Shown here: positions 55,899-64,000 of the stretch, piece by piece | How positions within the stretch are numbered: the stretch's first letter is position 1 | Layout: each line of letters begins with the position of its first letter | NCBI GenBank assembly: GCA_964291675.2 | Contig: OZ219865.1 | Span: 384,001 to 448,000 of the forward strand | Source of the DNA: Alphaproteobacteria bacterium | Lineage (GTDB): Bacteria > Pseudomonadota > Alphaproteobacteria > MPNO01 | DNA: 64,000 nucleotides | Reading direction: 5' to 3' | Program-made: the position numbers and the translations under genes | The notes under the pieces: generated by a model | Database searches by the model: none | Seen by the model: the letters and a program-made list of their open reading frames with translations, nothing else | Told to the model about the DNA's origin: nothing

Positions 55899-57484
55899 GT
55901 GGCGCCTGACGACGCGAAGGCGCGTCTCGCGCTCACCGACATCTGCAAGACCTTCCCCGGGGTCGTCGCGAACGACCGCGTCTCGCTTTCCCTCCGGCCG
56001 GGCGAGATCCACGCGCTGCTTGGCCAGAACGGCGCCGGCAAGTCGACGCTCGTGAAGATCGTCTATGGCGTGCTGCGCGCCGATTCGGGCGAGATGCGGT
56101 GGAACGGAACCCCCGTGCAGGTCGCCTCGCCGGCCCAGGCGCGCCGGCTCGGCATCGGCATGGTGTTCCAGCATTTCTCGCTCTTCGATTCGCTGACCGT
56201 GGCGGAAAACATCGCGCTCGGAATCGACGAGAACGTGCCGATGCGCGACCTCACCGAGCGCATCGGCCAGGTCTCGGCACGCTACGGCCTGGCCCTCGAT
56301 CCGGGGCGCCACGTGCACACGCTTTCGGTCGGCGAGCGCCAGCGGGTGGAGATCGTCCGCTGCCTGCTGCAGAGCCCGAGCCTCCTGATCATGGACGAGC
56401 CGACCTCGGTGCTCACCCCGCAGGAAGCCGACCGGCTGTTCGAGACGCTGCGCCAGCTCGCCTCGGAAGGCGTGACGGTGCTCTATATCTCGCACAAGCT
56501 GGAGGAGATCCGCGCGCTCTGCGAGGCGGCGACGGTGCTGCGCGGCGGAGGGTGGTGGCGACCTGCGATCCGCGCACGCGAGACCGCCCGCGGCCTGGCC
56601 CAGATGATGATCGGCGGCGAGCTCGCGACGCCGGTGCGCGGCGCCGAGGGAGGGGAAGGCGCGGAACGGCTGGAGGTCCGGGGGCTGTCGCTCGAACCGG
56701 ACCACCCCTTCGGCACCCCGATCCGAAATGCGAGCCTCGCCGTGCGCGCCGGCGAGATCCTCGGCATCGCCGGGGTCGCGGGGAACGGCCAGCCCGAGCT
56801 TCTGGCCGCGTTGAGCGGCGAGACCCTGTGCCCGGACGCCGGGGCGGTCCTGCTCGACGGCGAGCCGGTCGGCCGCCTCGGCCCGCGCGAGCGCCGGGCG
56901 CGCGGGCTCTGCGTGGTGCCCGAGGAACGGCTCGGCCAGGCCACGGTGCCGGAGATGACGCTCGCCGAGAACGGGTTTCTGAGCGCCTATCTCCGCGAGG
57001 GCCTGCTGCGCCACTGGCTCCTGCAGCTCCGCGCCATGCACCGTTTCGCCGCCGACATCGTCCAGTCCTATAGCGTGATGACCCCCGGCACCGCCGCCAG
57101 GCCGGCAGCCTGTCCGGCGGCAATCTGCAGAAATTCATCATCGGCCGGGAAATCCTCCAGAACCCGGAGATCCTGATCGCCGCGCACCCCACCTGGGGCG
57201 TCGATGCCGGCGCCGCGGCGGCGATCCAGCAGGCCCTGCTCGACCTCGCCAAGGCGGGCGCGGCGGTCCTCGTGGTCTCGCAGGACCTCGACGAGCTGTT
57301 CGCGATCAGCGACCGCCTCGCCGTGATCTGCGAGGGCCGGCTGTCGGCCAGCCGGCGGACCGAGGACACCACCGTCGCCCAGGCCGGGCTCCTGATGGGC
57401 GGCATGTTCGACGACGCACGGCGAGATCGTCGAGACCCATGCTGCCTAGGCTGGAACCGCGCGGCGGCGTCTCCGCCGCGATGA
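55899..57484 (+). CDS. Nucleoside/purine ABC transporter ATP-binding protein (indels at ~56549, ~56577, ~57098, possibly ~57420)
   Basis: GQNGAGKST, LSVGERQR and DEPT; the second half (LSGGNLQKF, SQDLDE) is in a shifted frame; true stop may be 57449. Confidence 0.85.
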
Positions 57485-58530
57485 TGGTGCTGACGCCGCT
57501 GATCGCCGTCGGCGTGACCCTGATCGCCGGGGTGATCCTGTTCGCCGCGCTCGGCTTCGATCCCGGCCTCGCGCTCTATACCTTCTTCGTCAAGCCGGTC
57601 TCCAGCGTCTACGGGGTGTCCGAGCTGCTGCTCAAGGCGACGCCGCTGGCGATCATCGCCATCGGGCTGGCGTTCGGTTTCCGCGCCAATGTGTGGAATA
57701 TCGGGGCCGAGGGGCAGTTCACCCTGGGCGCGGTCTGCGGCGGCGGCGTGGCGCTGGCGCTGCACGGCGTGGACAGCTTCCTGGTGCTGCCGGCGATGGC
57801 GCTCGCGGGCATCGCGGGCGGTCTCGCCTGGGCGGCGGTCCCGGCCTTTCTCCGGGTGCGGTTCAACGCCAACGAGATCCTGACCAGCCTGATGCTGACC
57901 TACGTGGCGATACTGGTCCTGAGCTACCTGGTGCACGGGCCGTGGCGCGACCCGGAAGGGCTGAACTTCCCGGAATCCCGCATGTTCGAGGACCCGGCGC
58001 TGCTCCCGGTGATCCTCGACGAGACCCGGCTCTCGATCGCCGCGCCGATCGCGCTGCTGATCGTCCTCGCCGGCTGGCTGGTGCTGAGCCGCGCCTTCGT
58101 CGGCTTCCAGATCAAGGTGGTCGGGCAGTCGCCGGCGGCGGCGAGCTATGCCGGGTTCTCGGAGAAGAAGCTGATCTGGACCGTGCTCTGCGCCTCCGGC
58201 GCGCTGGCCGGGCTCGCCGGCATGTTCGAGGTGTCCGGCCCGATCGGCCAGCTCCACCCGGTCATCTCGCCGGGCTACGGCTTCACCGCGATCATCGTCG
58301 CCTTCCTCGGCCGGCTGCATCCCGTCGGCGTTCTGCTTCGCCTCGCTGCTGGTCGCGCTCAGCTATCTCGGCGGCGAGCTGGCGCAGATCGAGCTCAAGC
58401 TGCCGCTGGCGCTCACCGGGGTGTTCCAGGGGATGCTGCTGTTCTTCCTGCTCGGGACCGACGTGCTGATCCGCTACCGCATCCGCTTCCGGCCGCGCGG
58501 CGCGCGCTCGCCGCGGCCGAGGGGGGCTGA
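57439..58530 (+). CDS. Nucleoside/purine ABC transporter permease (indels at ~58336 and ~58500)
   Basis: WNIGAEGQ, NEILTSLML and GYGFTAIIVAFLGRLHP; the C-terminal TM segment is in the +1 frame. Confidence 0.85.
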   Translation: MLPRLEPRGGVSAAMMVLTPLIAVGVTLIAGVILFAALGFDPGLALYTFFVKPVSSVYGVSELLLKATPLAIIAIGLAFGFRANVWNIGAEGQFTLGAVCGGGVALALHGVDSFLVLPAMALAGIAGGLAWAAVPAFLRVRFNANEILTSLMLTYVAILVLSYLVHGPWRDPEGLNFPESRMFEDPALLPVILDETRLSIAAPIALLIVLAGWLVLSRAFVGFQIKVVGQSPAAASYAGFSEKKLIWTVLCASGALAGLAGMFEVSGPIGQLHPVISPGYGFTAIIVAFLGRLHPVGVLLRLAAGRAQLSRRRAGADRAQAAAGAHRGVPGDAAVLPARDRRADPLPHPLPAARRALAAAEGG

Positions 58531-58531
58531 G

Positions 58532-59452
58532 TTGGATACCGCCGCCGCCGTTCTGGTCTCCATGATGGCCGCCGCCACGCCGCTGCTCTACGCCGCGCTC
58601 GGCGAGCTGGTGACCGAGAAGTCGGGCGTGCTCAATCTCGGCGTCGAGGGGATGATGATCACCGGCGCGGTGACCGCCTTCGCGACCGCGACGATCACCG
58701 GGAGCTCGGCGCTCGGCATCGTCGCCGGGGCCGCGGCGGCGACCGCGCTGTCGCTGATCTTCGCCTTGCTTACGCTCACCCTGGTCGCCAACCAGGTGGC
58801 GACCGGGCTTGCGCTCACCATCTTCGGCATCGGGCTCAGCGCGCTGATCGGCCAGGGCTATGTGGGGGAGCCGCTGGACGCGCTGCCCGCGCTCCACATC
58901 CCGGGCATCAGCGACATCACCTTCATCGGCCCGGTGCTCTTCGGCCACGACTTCCTGATCTATTTCTCCTTCGTCATGGTGGGTGCGGTGGCCTGGTTCC
59001 TGTACCGCACCCGCGCCGGGCTGGTGCTGCGCGCGGTGGGCGAGTCGCACGACGCGGCGCATGCGATCGGCTATCCCGTCATCGCCATCCGCTATCTCGC
59101 GGTCGCCTTCGGCGGCGCCATGGCGGGGCTCGGCGGCGCCTATCTGTCGGTCGCCTATACCCCGATGTGGATCGAGAACATGACCGCGGGACGGGGCTGG
59201 ATCGCGCTCGCCCTGGTCGTGTTCGCGACCTGGCGGCCGGGCCGGGTGCTGCTCGGCGCCTATCTGTTCGGCGGCGTCACCATATTGCAGCTCCACGGCC
59301 AGGGGTTCGGGCTCGGCGTCGCATCGCAGATCTTCTCGATGCTGCCCTATCTCGCGACCATCCTCGTCCTGGTGCTGATCTCCAGCGACCGCGCCCTGAT
59401 CCGGCTCAACGCGCCGGCCGATATCGGCAGGATTTTCCGCCCCGCGAGCTGA
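58532..59452 (+). CDS. Nucleoside/purine ABC transporter permease
   Basis: EKSGVLNLGVEGMM, ANQVATG and AGRGWIALALV motifs; TTG start. Confidence 0.9.
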   Translation: MDTAAAVLVSMMAAATPLLYAALGELVTEKSGVLNLGVEGMMITGAVTAFATATITGSSALGIVAGAAAATALSLIFALLTLTLVANQVATGLALTIFGIGLSALIGQGYVGEPLDALPALHIPGISDITFIGPVLFGHDFLIYFSFVMVGAVAWFLYRTRAGLVLRAVGESHDAAHAIGYPVIAIRYLAVAFGGAMAGLGGAYLSVAYTPMWIENMTAGRGWIALALVVFATWRPGRVLLGAYLFGGVTILQLHGQGFGLGVASQIFSMLPYLATILVLVLISSDRALIRLNAPADIGRIFRPAS

Positions 59453-59523
59453 TTCGCGGCCTTACCACCGGCGACTTTGTTGGGTTATTCTGACGCGAGT
59501 TGCAAGACAAGGAGAGGCGATCC

Positions 59524-60597
59524 ATGAAACGTGCAGGACTCTTGCTTGCGGCGGCGGCCGCTCTCGGCCTCGCCGCCGGCGCCCAGGCCGCCGACAAGCT
59601 CAAGGTCGGCTTCGTCTATGTCGGCCCGATCGGCGACCACGGCTGGACCTACCGCCACGACGTCGGCCGCCTGGCGGTCGCCAAGGCGCTCGGCGACAAG
59701 GTGGAGACTACCTATGTCGAGAGCGTGAGCGAGGGCGCCGACGCCGAACGCGTCATCCGCCAGCTCGCCTCGACCGGCCACGGGCTGATCTTCACCACCT
59801 CGTTCGGCTTCATGAACCCGACCGTCAAGGTCGCCAAGAAGTTCCCCAAGGTGAAGTTCGAACACTGCTCGGGATTCAAGCGGGCGGCGAACGTCTCGAC
59901 CTATCTGGCGCGGTTCTACGAGGGCCGGACGATCTCGGGCCTGATCGCCGGCAAGATGACCAAGTCGAACGTCATCGGTTACATCGCCTCCTTCCCGATT
60001 CCCGAGGTGGTGCGCGGCATCAACGCCTTCACGCTCGCGCTCCGCGAGGTCAATCCCAAGGCCGAGGTCAAGGTGGTCTGGGTCAACACCTGGTACGACC
60101 CGGGCAAGGAGGGCGATGCCGCCAAGGCGCTGATCGACCAGGGCGCCGACGTCATCCTGCAGCACACCGATTCGCCCGCTCCGGCGCAGATCGCGCAGCA
60201 ACGCGGGGTGTGGGCGGTCGGCCAGGCCTCCGACATGACCAAGTTCGCGCCCAAGGCCCATCTGACGGCGATCATCGACGACTGGAACAGCTACTACGTC
60301 GCCCGGACGAAGGCGGTTCTCGACGGAACCTGGAAGTCGGAGGATGTCTGGGGCGGGCTCAACACCGGCATGATTGCGATGGCGCCCTACAACTCCGCCA
60401 TCCCGAAGGACGTGGTCGCGCTCGCCAAGCAGGCCGAGGCCGACATCAAGTCGGGCAAGCGCCACCCCTTCCAGGGGCCGGTGCGCAACCAGGCGGGCAA
60501 GGTCGTCATCCCCGAGGGCAAGTCGGCCGATGACGGGATGCTGCTCTCGATGGACTGGTACGTGGAGGGCGTGCAGGGCAAGCTGCCCGGCAAGTAG
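59524..60597 (+). CDS. BMP family ABC transporter substrate-binding protein (purine/nucleoside)
   Basis: KVGFVYVGPIGDHGWTY, PIPEVVRGINAF and QHTDS motifs. Confidence 0.93.
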   Translation: MKRAGLLLAAAAALGLAAGAQAADKLKVGFVYVGPIGDHGWTYRHDVGRLAVAKALGDKVETTYVESVSEGADAERVIRQLASTGHGLIFTTSFGFMNPTVKVAKKFPKVKFEHCSGFKRAANVSTYLARFYEGRTISGLIAGKMTKSNVIGYIASFPIPEVVRGINAFTLALREVNPKAEVKVVWVNTWYDPGKEGDAAKALIDQGADVILQHTDSPAPAQIAQQRGVWAVGQASDMTKFAPKAHLTAIIDDWNSYYVARTKAVLDGTWKSEDVWGGLNTGMIAMAPYNSAIPKDVVALAKQAEADIKSGKRHPFQGPVRNQAGKVVIPEGKSADDGMLLSMDWYVEGVQGKLPGK

Positions 60598-60609
60598 ACC
60601 CAAGCAGGG

Positions 60610-60644
60610 AAGAGCCCGGCGCGCCCGCCGCGCCGGGCTTTTTC
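60610..60644 (+). terminator. Intrinsic terminator after the BMP gene
   Basis: AAGAGCCCGGCGCG-cccgc-CGCGCCGGGCTTTTT. Confidence 0.8.
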
Positions 60645-60711
60645 ACGGCCGTTTGCCGCCCGCCCGGTTTTTTGTAGAGTGCGGCCTTCCCGACCCCGGC
60701 CCGAGAATCGA

Positions 60712-62055
60712 ATGCGGCTCTCCAGCTTCTTCCTGCCCACGTCGAGGGACGACCCGGCCGAGGCGCAGATCGTCTCGCACCGGCTGATGCTGCGCGCCGG
60801 GATGATCCGCCAGGCCAGCGCCGGCATCTACTCCTGGCTGCCGCTCGGCTTGCGCGCGCTGCGCAATGTCGAGCGCATCGTGCGCGAGGAGCAGGACCGC
60901 GCGGGCTGCCAGGAGATGCTGATGCCGACCATCCAGTCGGCGGATCTGTGGCGCGAGAGCGGGCGCTACGAGGGTTACGGCAAGGAGATGCTGCGCATCG
61001 AGGACCGTCACGGCCGCGATATGCTGTACGGTCCGACGAATGAGGAACAGATCACGGAAATCTTCAGGCATTACATCAAGAGTTACCGTGAACTGCCCAA
61101 GCTGCTTTATCATATCCAGTGGAAGTTCCGCGACGAGGTACGCCCGCGCTTCGGCGTGATGCGGGGCCGCGAGTTCCTCATGAAGGACAGCTATTCCTTC
61201 GATCTCGACTACGAGGGCGCGCGCCGGTCGTACAACAAGATGTTCGTCTCGTATCTGCGCACCTTCGCGAGGCTCGGGCTCAGGGCGATCCCGATGCAGG
61301 CCGATACCGGCCCGATCGGCGGCGATCTCAGCCACGAGTTCATCATCCTCGCGGGCACCGGCGAGAGCGAGGTGTTCTGCCACCGCGCGCTCGTCGAGCA
61401 GGACGTGCTCGGCGACGACGTGGACTACGAGGCGGATCTGGCGCCCGAGGTCGCGCGCTGGACCGGGCACTACGCGGCGACCGACGAGAAGTTCGACGAG
61501 GCCGAGGCCGCGGCGCTCGGCGGCGACCTGGTGCGGGCGCGGGGTATCGAGGTCGGCCATATCTTCTATTTCGGCACCAAGTACTCCAAGGCGATGAACG
61601 CGGCGGTGCGCGGCCCGGACGACGACGAGATCTTCCTGGAGATGGGCTCCTACGGGATCGGCGTGTCGCGCCTGGTGGGCGCCATCATCGAGGCCTCGCA
61701 TGACGAGGACGGCATCGTCTGGCCGGAAGCGGTCGCGCCGTTCCGGGTCGGGCTGATCAACCTGAAGGCCGGCGACGGGAGGTGCGACGACGCCTGCGAG
61801 GAGATTTACCGGACGCTGGAAAGGGCGGGCTGCGAGACTTTGGTGGACGACCGCGCTCTGCGCGCGGGCGCCAAGTTCGCCGACATGGACCTGATCGGCC
61901 TGCCGTGGCAGGTCATCGTCGGCCCGCGCGGGGTCGCCGGCGGCAGCGTCGAGCTCAAGCGGCGCGACAGCGGCGCGCGCGAGGAGCTGTCGCTGGAGTC
62001 CGCGCTCGCCCGGCTGACCGCGCCGCCCGGCGCCGGAGGCTCGGCTAGTTCGTGA
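60712..62055 (+). CDS. proS: Proline--tRNA ligase (short alphaproteobacterial type)
   Basis: [26 protein letters not shown] and GIEVGHIF motifs; no editing insert. Confidence 0.96.
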   Translation: MRLSSFFLPTSRDDPAEAQIVSHRLMLRAGMIRQASAGIYSWLPLGLRALRNVERIVREEQDRAGCQEMLMPTIQSADLWRESGRYEGYGKEMLRIEDRHGRDMLYGPTNEEQITEIFRHYIKSYRELPKLLYHIQWKFRDEVRPRFGVMRGREFLMKDSYSFDLDYEGARRSYNKMFVSYLRTFARLGLRAIPMQADTGPIGGDLSHEFIILAGTGESEVFCHRALVEQDVLGDDVDYEADLAPEVARWTGHYAATDEKFDEAEAAALGGDLVRARGIEVGHIFYFGTKYSKAMNAAVRGPDDDEIFLEMGSYGIGVSRLVGAIIEASHDEDGIVWPEAVAPFRVGLINLKAGDGRCDDACEEIYRTLERAGCETLVDDRALRAGAKFADMDLIGLPWQVIVGPRGVAGGSVELKRRDSGAREELSLESALARLTAPPGAGGSASS

Positions 62056-63299
62056 TTTTCTCGCCGCTTGAGCGCATGATCGCGATGCGCTACCTGCGGG
62101 CCCGGCGCGAAGAGGGTTTCATCTCCGTCATCGCGGGGTTCTCGCTGGCCGGCATCGCGCTTGGCGTCGGTACGCTGATCGTCGTCATGTCGGTGATGAA
62201 CGGCTTCCGGGCCGAGCTCATGTCCCGCATCCTCGGGCTCAACGGCCATCTCGGCGTGCGCGCGGCGTCGGGCAGTCTCAAGGACTTCGATTCGCTGGCC
62301 GAGAGGCTGAGGGCGCTCCCGGGCGTGGTCAGCGTGACCCCGCTGGTCGAGGGCCAGGTGATGGCGACCGCCAACGGGGTGGCTGGCGGCGCCCTGGTGC
62401 GCGCGCTGCGCCCGGGCGATCTCAAGGCGAGGCGCGCCATCGCCGAAGGCATCGAGCGCGGCAGCCTCGACGACTTCAAGGGCAGGAGCGCCGTCCTGGT
62501 GGGCGACAGCTTCGCCAGGCGCTACGGGCTGGCGCCCGGCTCGAAGCTGCGGCTGATCTCGCCGGAGACCAGCACCACCGCCTTCGGCACCATGCCCCGG
62601 ACCAAGACCTACAGGGTCGCCGCGATCTTCGACGTCGGCATGTTCCAGTACGACAACGGCTTCGTGTTCATGACCCTCGACGCCGCCCAGCGCCACTTCC
62701 GCACCGGGCAGGCGGTGACCCAGCTCGAAGTGTTTCTCGACGACCCCGAGGGCGTCGACGGCATCAAGCCGCGGATCCGCGGACAGACCGAGCGCAAGCT
62801 GCGGCTGATCGACTGGCAGCAATCGAACGCCGCCTTCTTCAACGCCATCGAGGTGGAGAGGAACGTGATGTTCCTCATCCTGACGCTGATCATCCTGGTG
62901 GCGGCGTTCAACATCGTTTCCAGCCTGATCATGCTGGTCAAGGACAAGGGCTCCGACATCGCGATCCTCAGGACCATGGGGGCGAGCCGGGCGGCGGTGA
63001 TGCGTGTGTTTCTGCTGGCCGGCGCCTCTATCGGCATCGTCGGTACGCTGATCGGCTTCGGTCTCGGCCTCGCCTTTGCGAGCAATATCGAGACCATCCG
63101 CGGCTGGCTGGAGGCGCTTTCGGGCACCAATTTGTTCGCCGCCGAGATCTATTTCCTGTCGCGCCTGCCGTCGCGTGTCGAGGCGGACGACGTGCTGTTC
63201 GTCGTCGCGCTGTCGATCGCGCTGTCGCTGCTGGCGACGCTCTACCCGGCCTGGCGGGCGGCGCGGCTCGATCCGGTCGAGGCGCTGCGCTATGAGTGA
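62052..63299 (+). CDS. lolE: Lipoprotein-releasing ABC transporter permease LolC/E
   Basis: RYLRARR..FIS, SVMNGF and [18 protein letters not shown] motifs. Confidence 0.92.
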   Translation: MIFSPLERMIAMRYLRARREEGFISVIAGFSLAGIALGVGTLIVVMSVMNGFRAELMSRILGLNGHLGVRAASGSLKDFDSLAERLRALPGVVSVTPLVEGQVMATANGVAGGALVRALRPGDLKARRAIAEGIERGSLDDFKGRSAVLVGDSFARRYGLAPGSKLRLISPETSTTAFGTMPRTKTYRVAAIFDVGMFQYDNGFVFMTLDAAQRHFRTGQAVTQLEVFLDDPEGVDGIKPRIRGQTERKLRLIDWQQSNAAFFNAIEVERNVMFLILTLIILVAAFNIVSSLIMLVKDKGSDIAILRTMGASRAAVMRVFLLAGASIGIVGTLIGFGLGLAFASNIETIRGWLEALSGTNLFAAEIYFLSRLPSRVEADDVLFVVALSIALSLLATLYPAWRAARLDPVEALRYE

Positions 63300-63999
63300 T
63301 CCCGCGCCCGCCCTCGCCCTGCACCAGGTCGCCAAGACCTACCGCCAGGCGGGCGGCGGGCTGGAGGTGCTGAAATCGGTCAGCCTCTCGGTGATGCCGG
63401 GCGAGATCGTCGCCGTCGTCGGCCCCTCGGGTGCCGGCAAGTCGACCCTGCTCCATATCGCCGGGCTGCTCGACCGGCCGACCGGCGGATCGGTCCGCTT
63501 CGGCGACCAGGACTGCAGCGCGCTCGGCGACGACCGGCGGACCGCGCTCAGGCGCGGCGGCATCGGCTTCGTCTACCAGTTCCACCATTTGCTGCCCGAG
63601 TTCTCCGCGCTCGAGAACATCGTGCTGCCGCAGATGATCGCCGGCCGCCACAGGCGGGAGGCGGCGGTCCGGGCGCGCGAGCTCCTCGGGCGGATGGGGC
63701 TCGCCGAACGCGCCAGCCACCGCCCGGCGCGGCTTTCCGGCGGCGAACAGCAACGGGTGGCGATCGGCCGGGCGCTGGCCAACCGTCCGAAAGTGCTGAT
63801 CGCCGACGAACCGACGGGAAATCTCGACCCGCAGACCGCCTCGTCGGTGTTCGAGATGCTGCTGTCCGCGGTGCGCGATCACGGGGTGGCGGCGCTGATC
63901 GCCACCCACAACACCGAGCTCGCCGCCCGGATGGACCGCCGCCTGGTGCTGCGCGACGGCGCAATCCAGCCCGGCGACATATCCCGGACCGTCGAGTAA
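63292..63999 (+). CDS. lolD: Lipoprotein-releasing ABC transporter ATP-binding protein
   Basis: [27 protein letters not shown] and ADEPTGNLD motifs. Confidence 0.93.
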   Translation: MSDPAPALALHQVAKTYRQAGGGLEVLKSVSLSVMPGEIVAVVGPSGAGKSTLLHIAGLLDRPTGGSVRFGDQDCSALGDDRRTALRRGGIGFVYQFHHLLPEFSALENIVLPQMIAGRHRREAAVRARELLGRMGLAERASHRPARLSGGEQQRVAIGRALANRPKVLIADEPTGNLDPQTASSVFEMLLSAVRDHGVAALIATHNTELAARMDRRLVLRDGAIQPGDISRTVE

Positions 64000-64000
64000 T

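Noticed and set aside
58421-59452. Apparent N-terminal extension fusing the two permeases
   Set aside because: The extension is the frameshifted C-terminus of the first permease; the second starts at TTG 58532

Overview
This is a GC-rich alphaproteobacterial chromosome segment, probably from a Rhodospirillales-like lineage (inferred from gene order and a tRNA-His that keeps G-1:C73). The housekeeping backbone is nfu, ispZ, rhlE, parE, glnB-glnA, nnr, rpoH, rluD, tRNA-His, tRNA-Glu, nuoA-N, birA, coaX, rnj, proS and lolE/D. Several accessory blocks interrupt it. (1) An 11-kb CoA-linked catabolic cluster of unknown substrate, which includes an unusual operon of a reductase, a stand-alone PaaA-like diiron protein and a Rieske oxygenase. 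(2) An EF-hand / ECF sigma / anti-sigma / periplasmic sensor module. (3) An orphan nitrile-hydratase-beta-like gene next to a cysteine hydrolase. (4) A decayed insertion after tRNA-Glu: an IS3 remnant, a Cys-less maleate-isomerase-like gene, an amidohydrolase, a cupin and a TAXI-TRAP transporter. (5) A low-GC cassette (DUF6338-like membrane protein plus a small GYQP peptide) inside the nuo operon. (6) A tag gene plus a purine/nucleoside ABC transporter. Between about 47.6 and 58.5 kb, several genes (nuoL, nuoN, birA, ABC genes) carry single-base indels that are most likely consensus errors. No CRISPR array, rRNA or intact integrase was seen. All family assignments come from reading motifs by eye; no database search was run.
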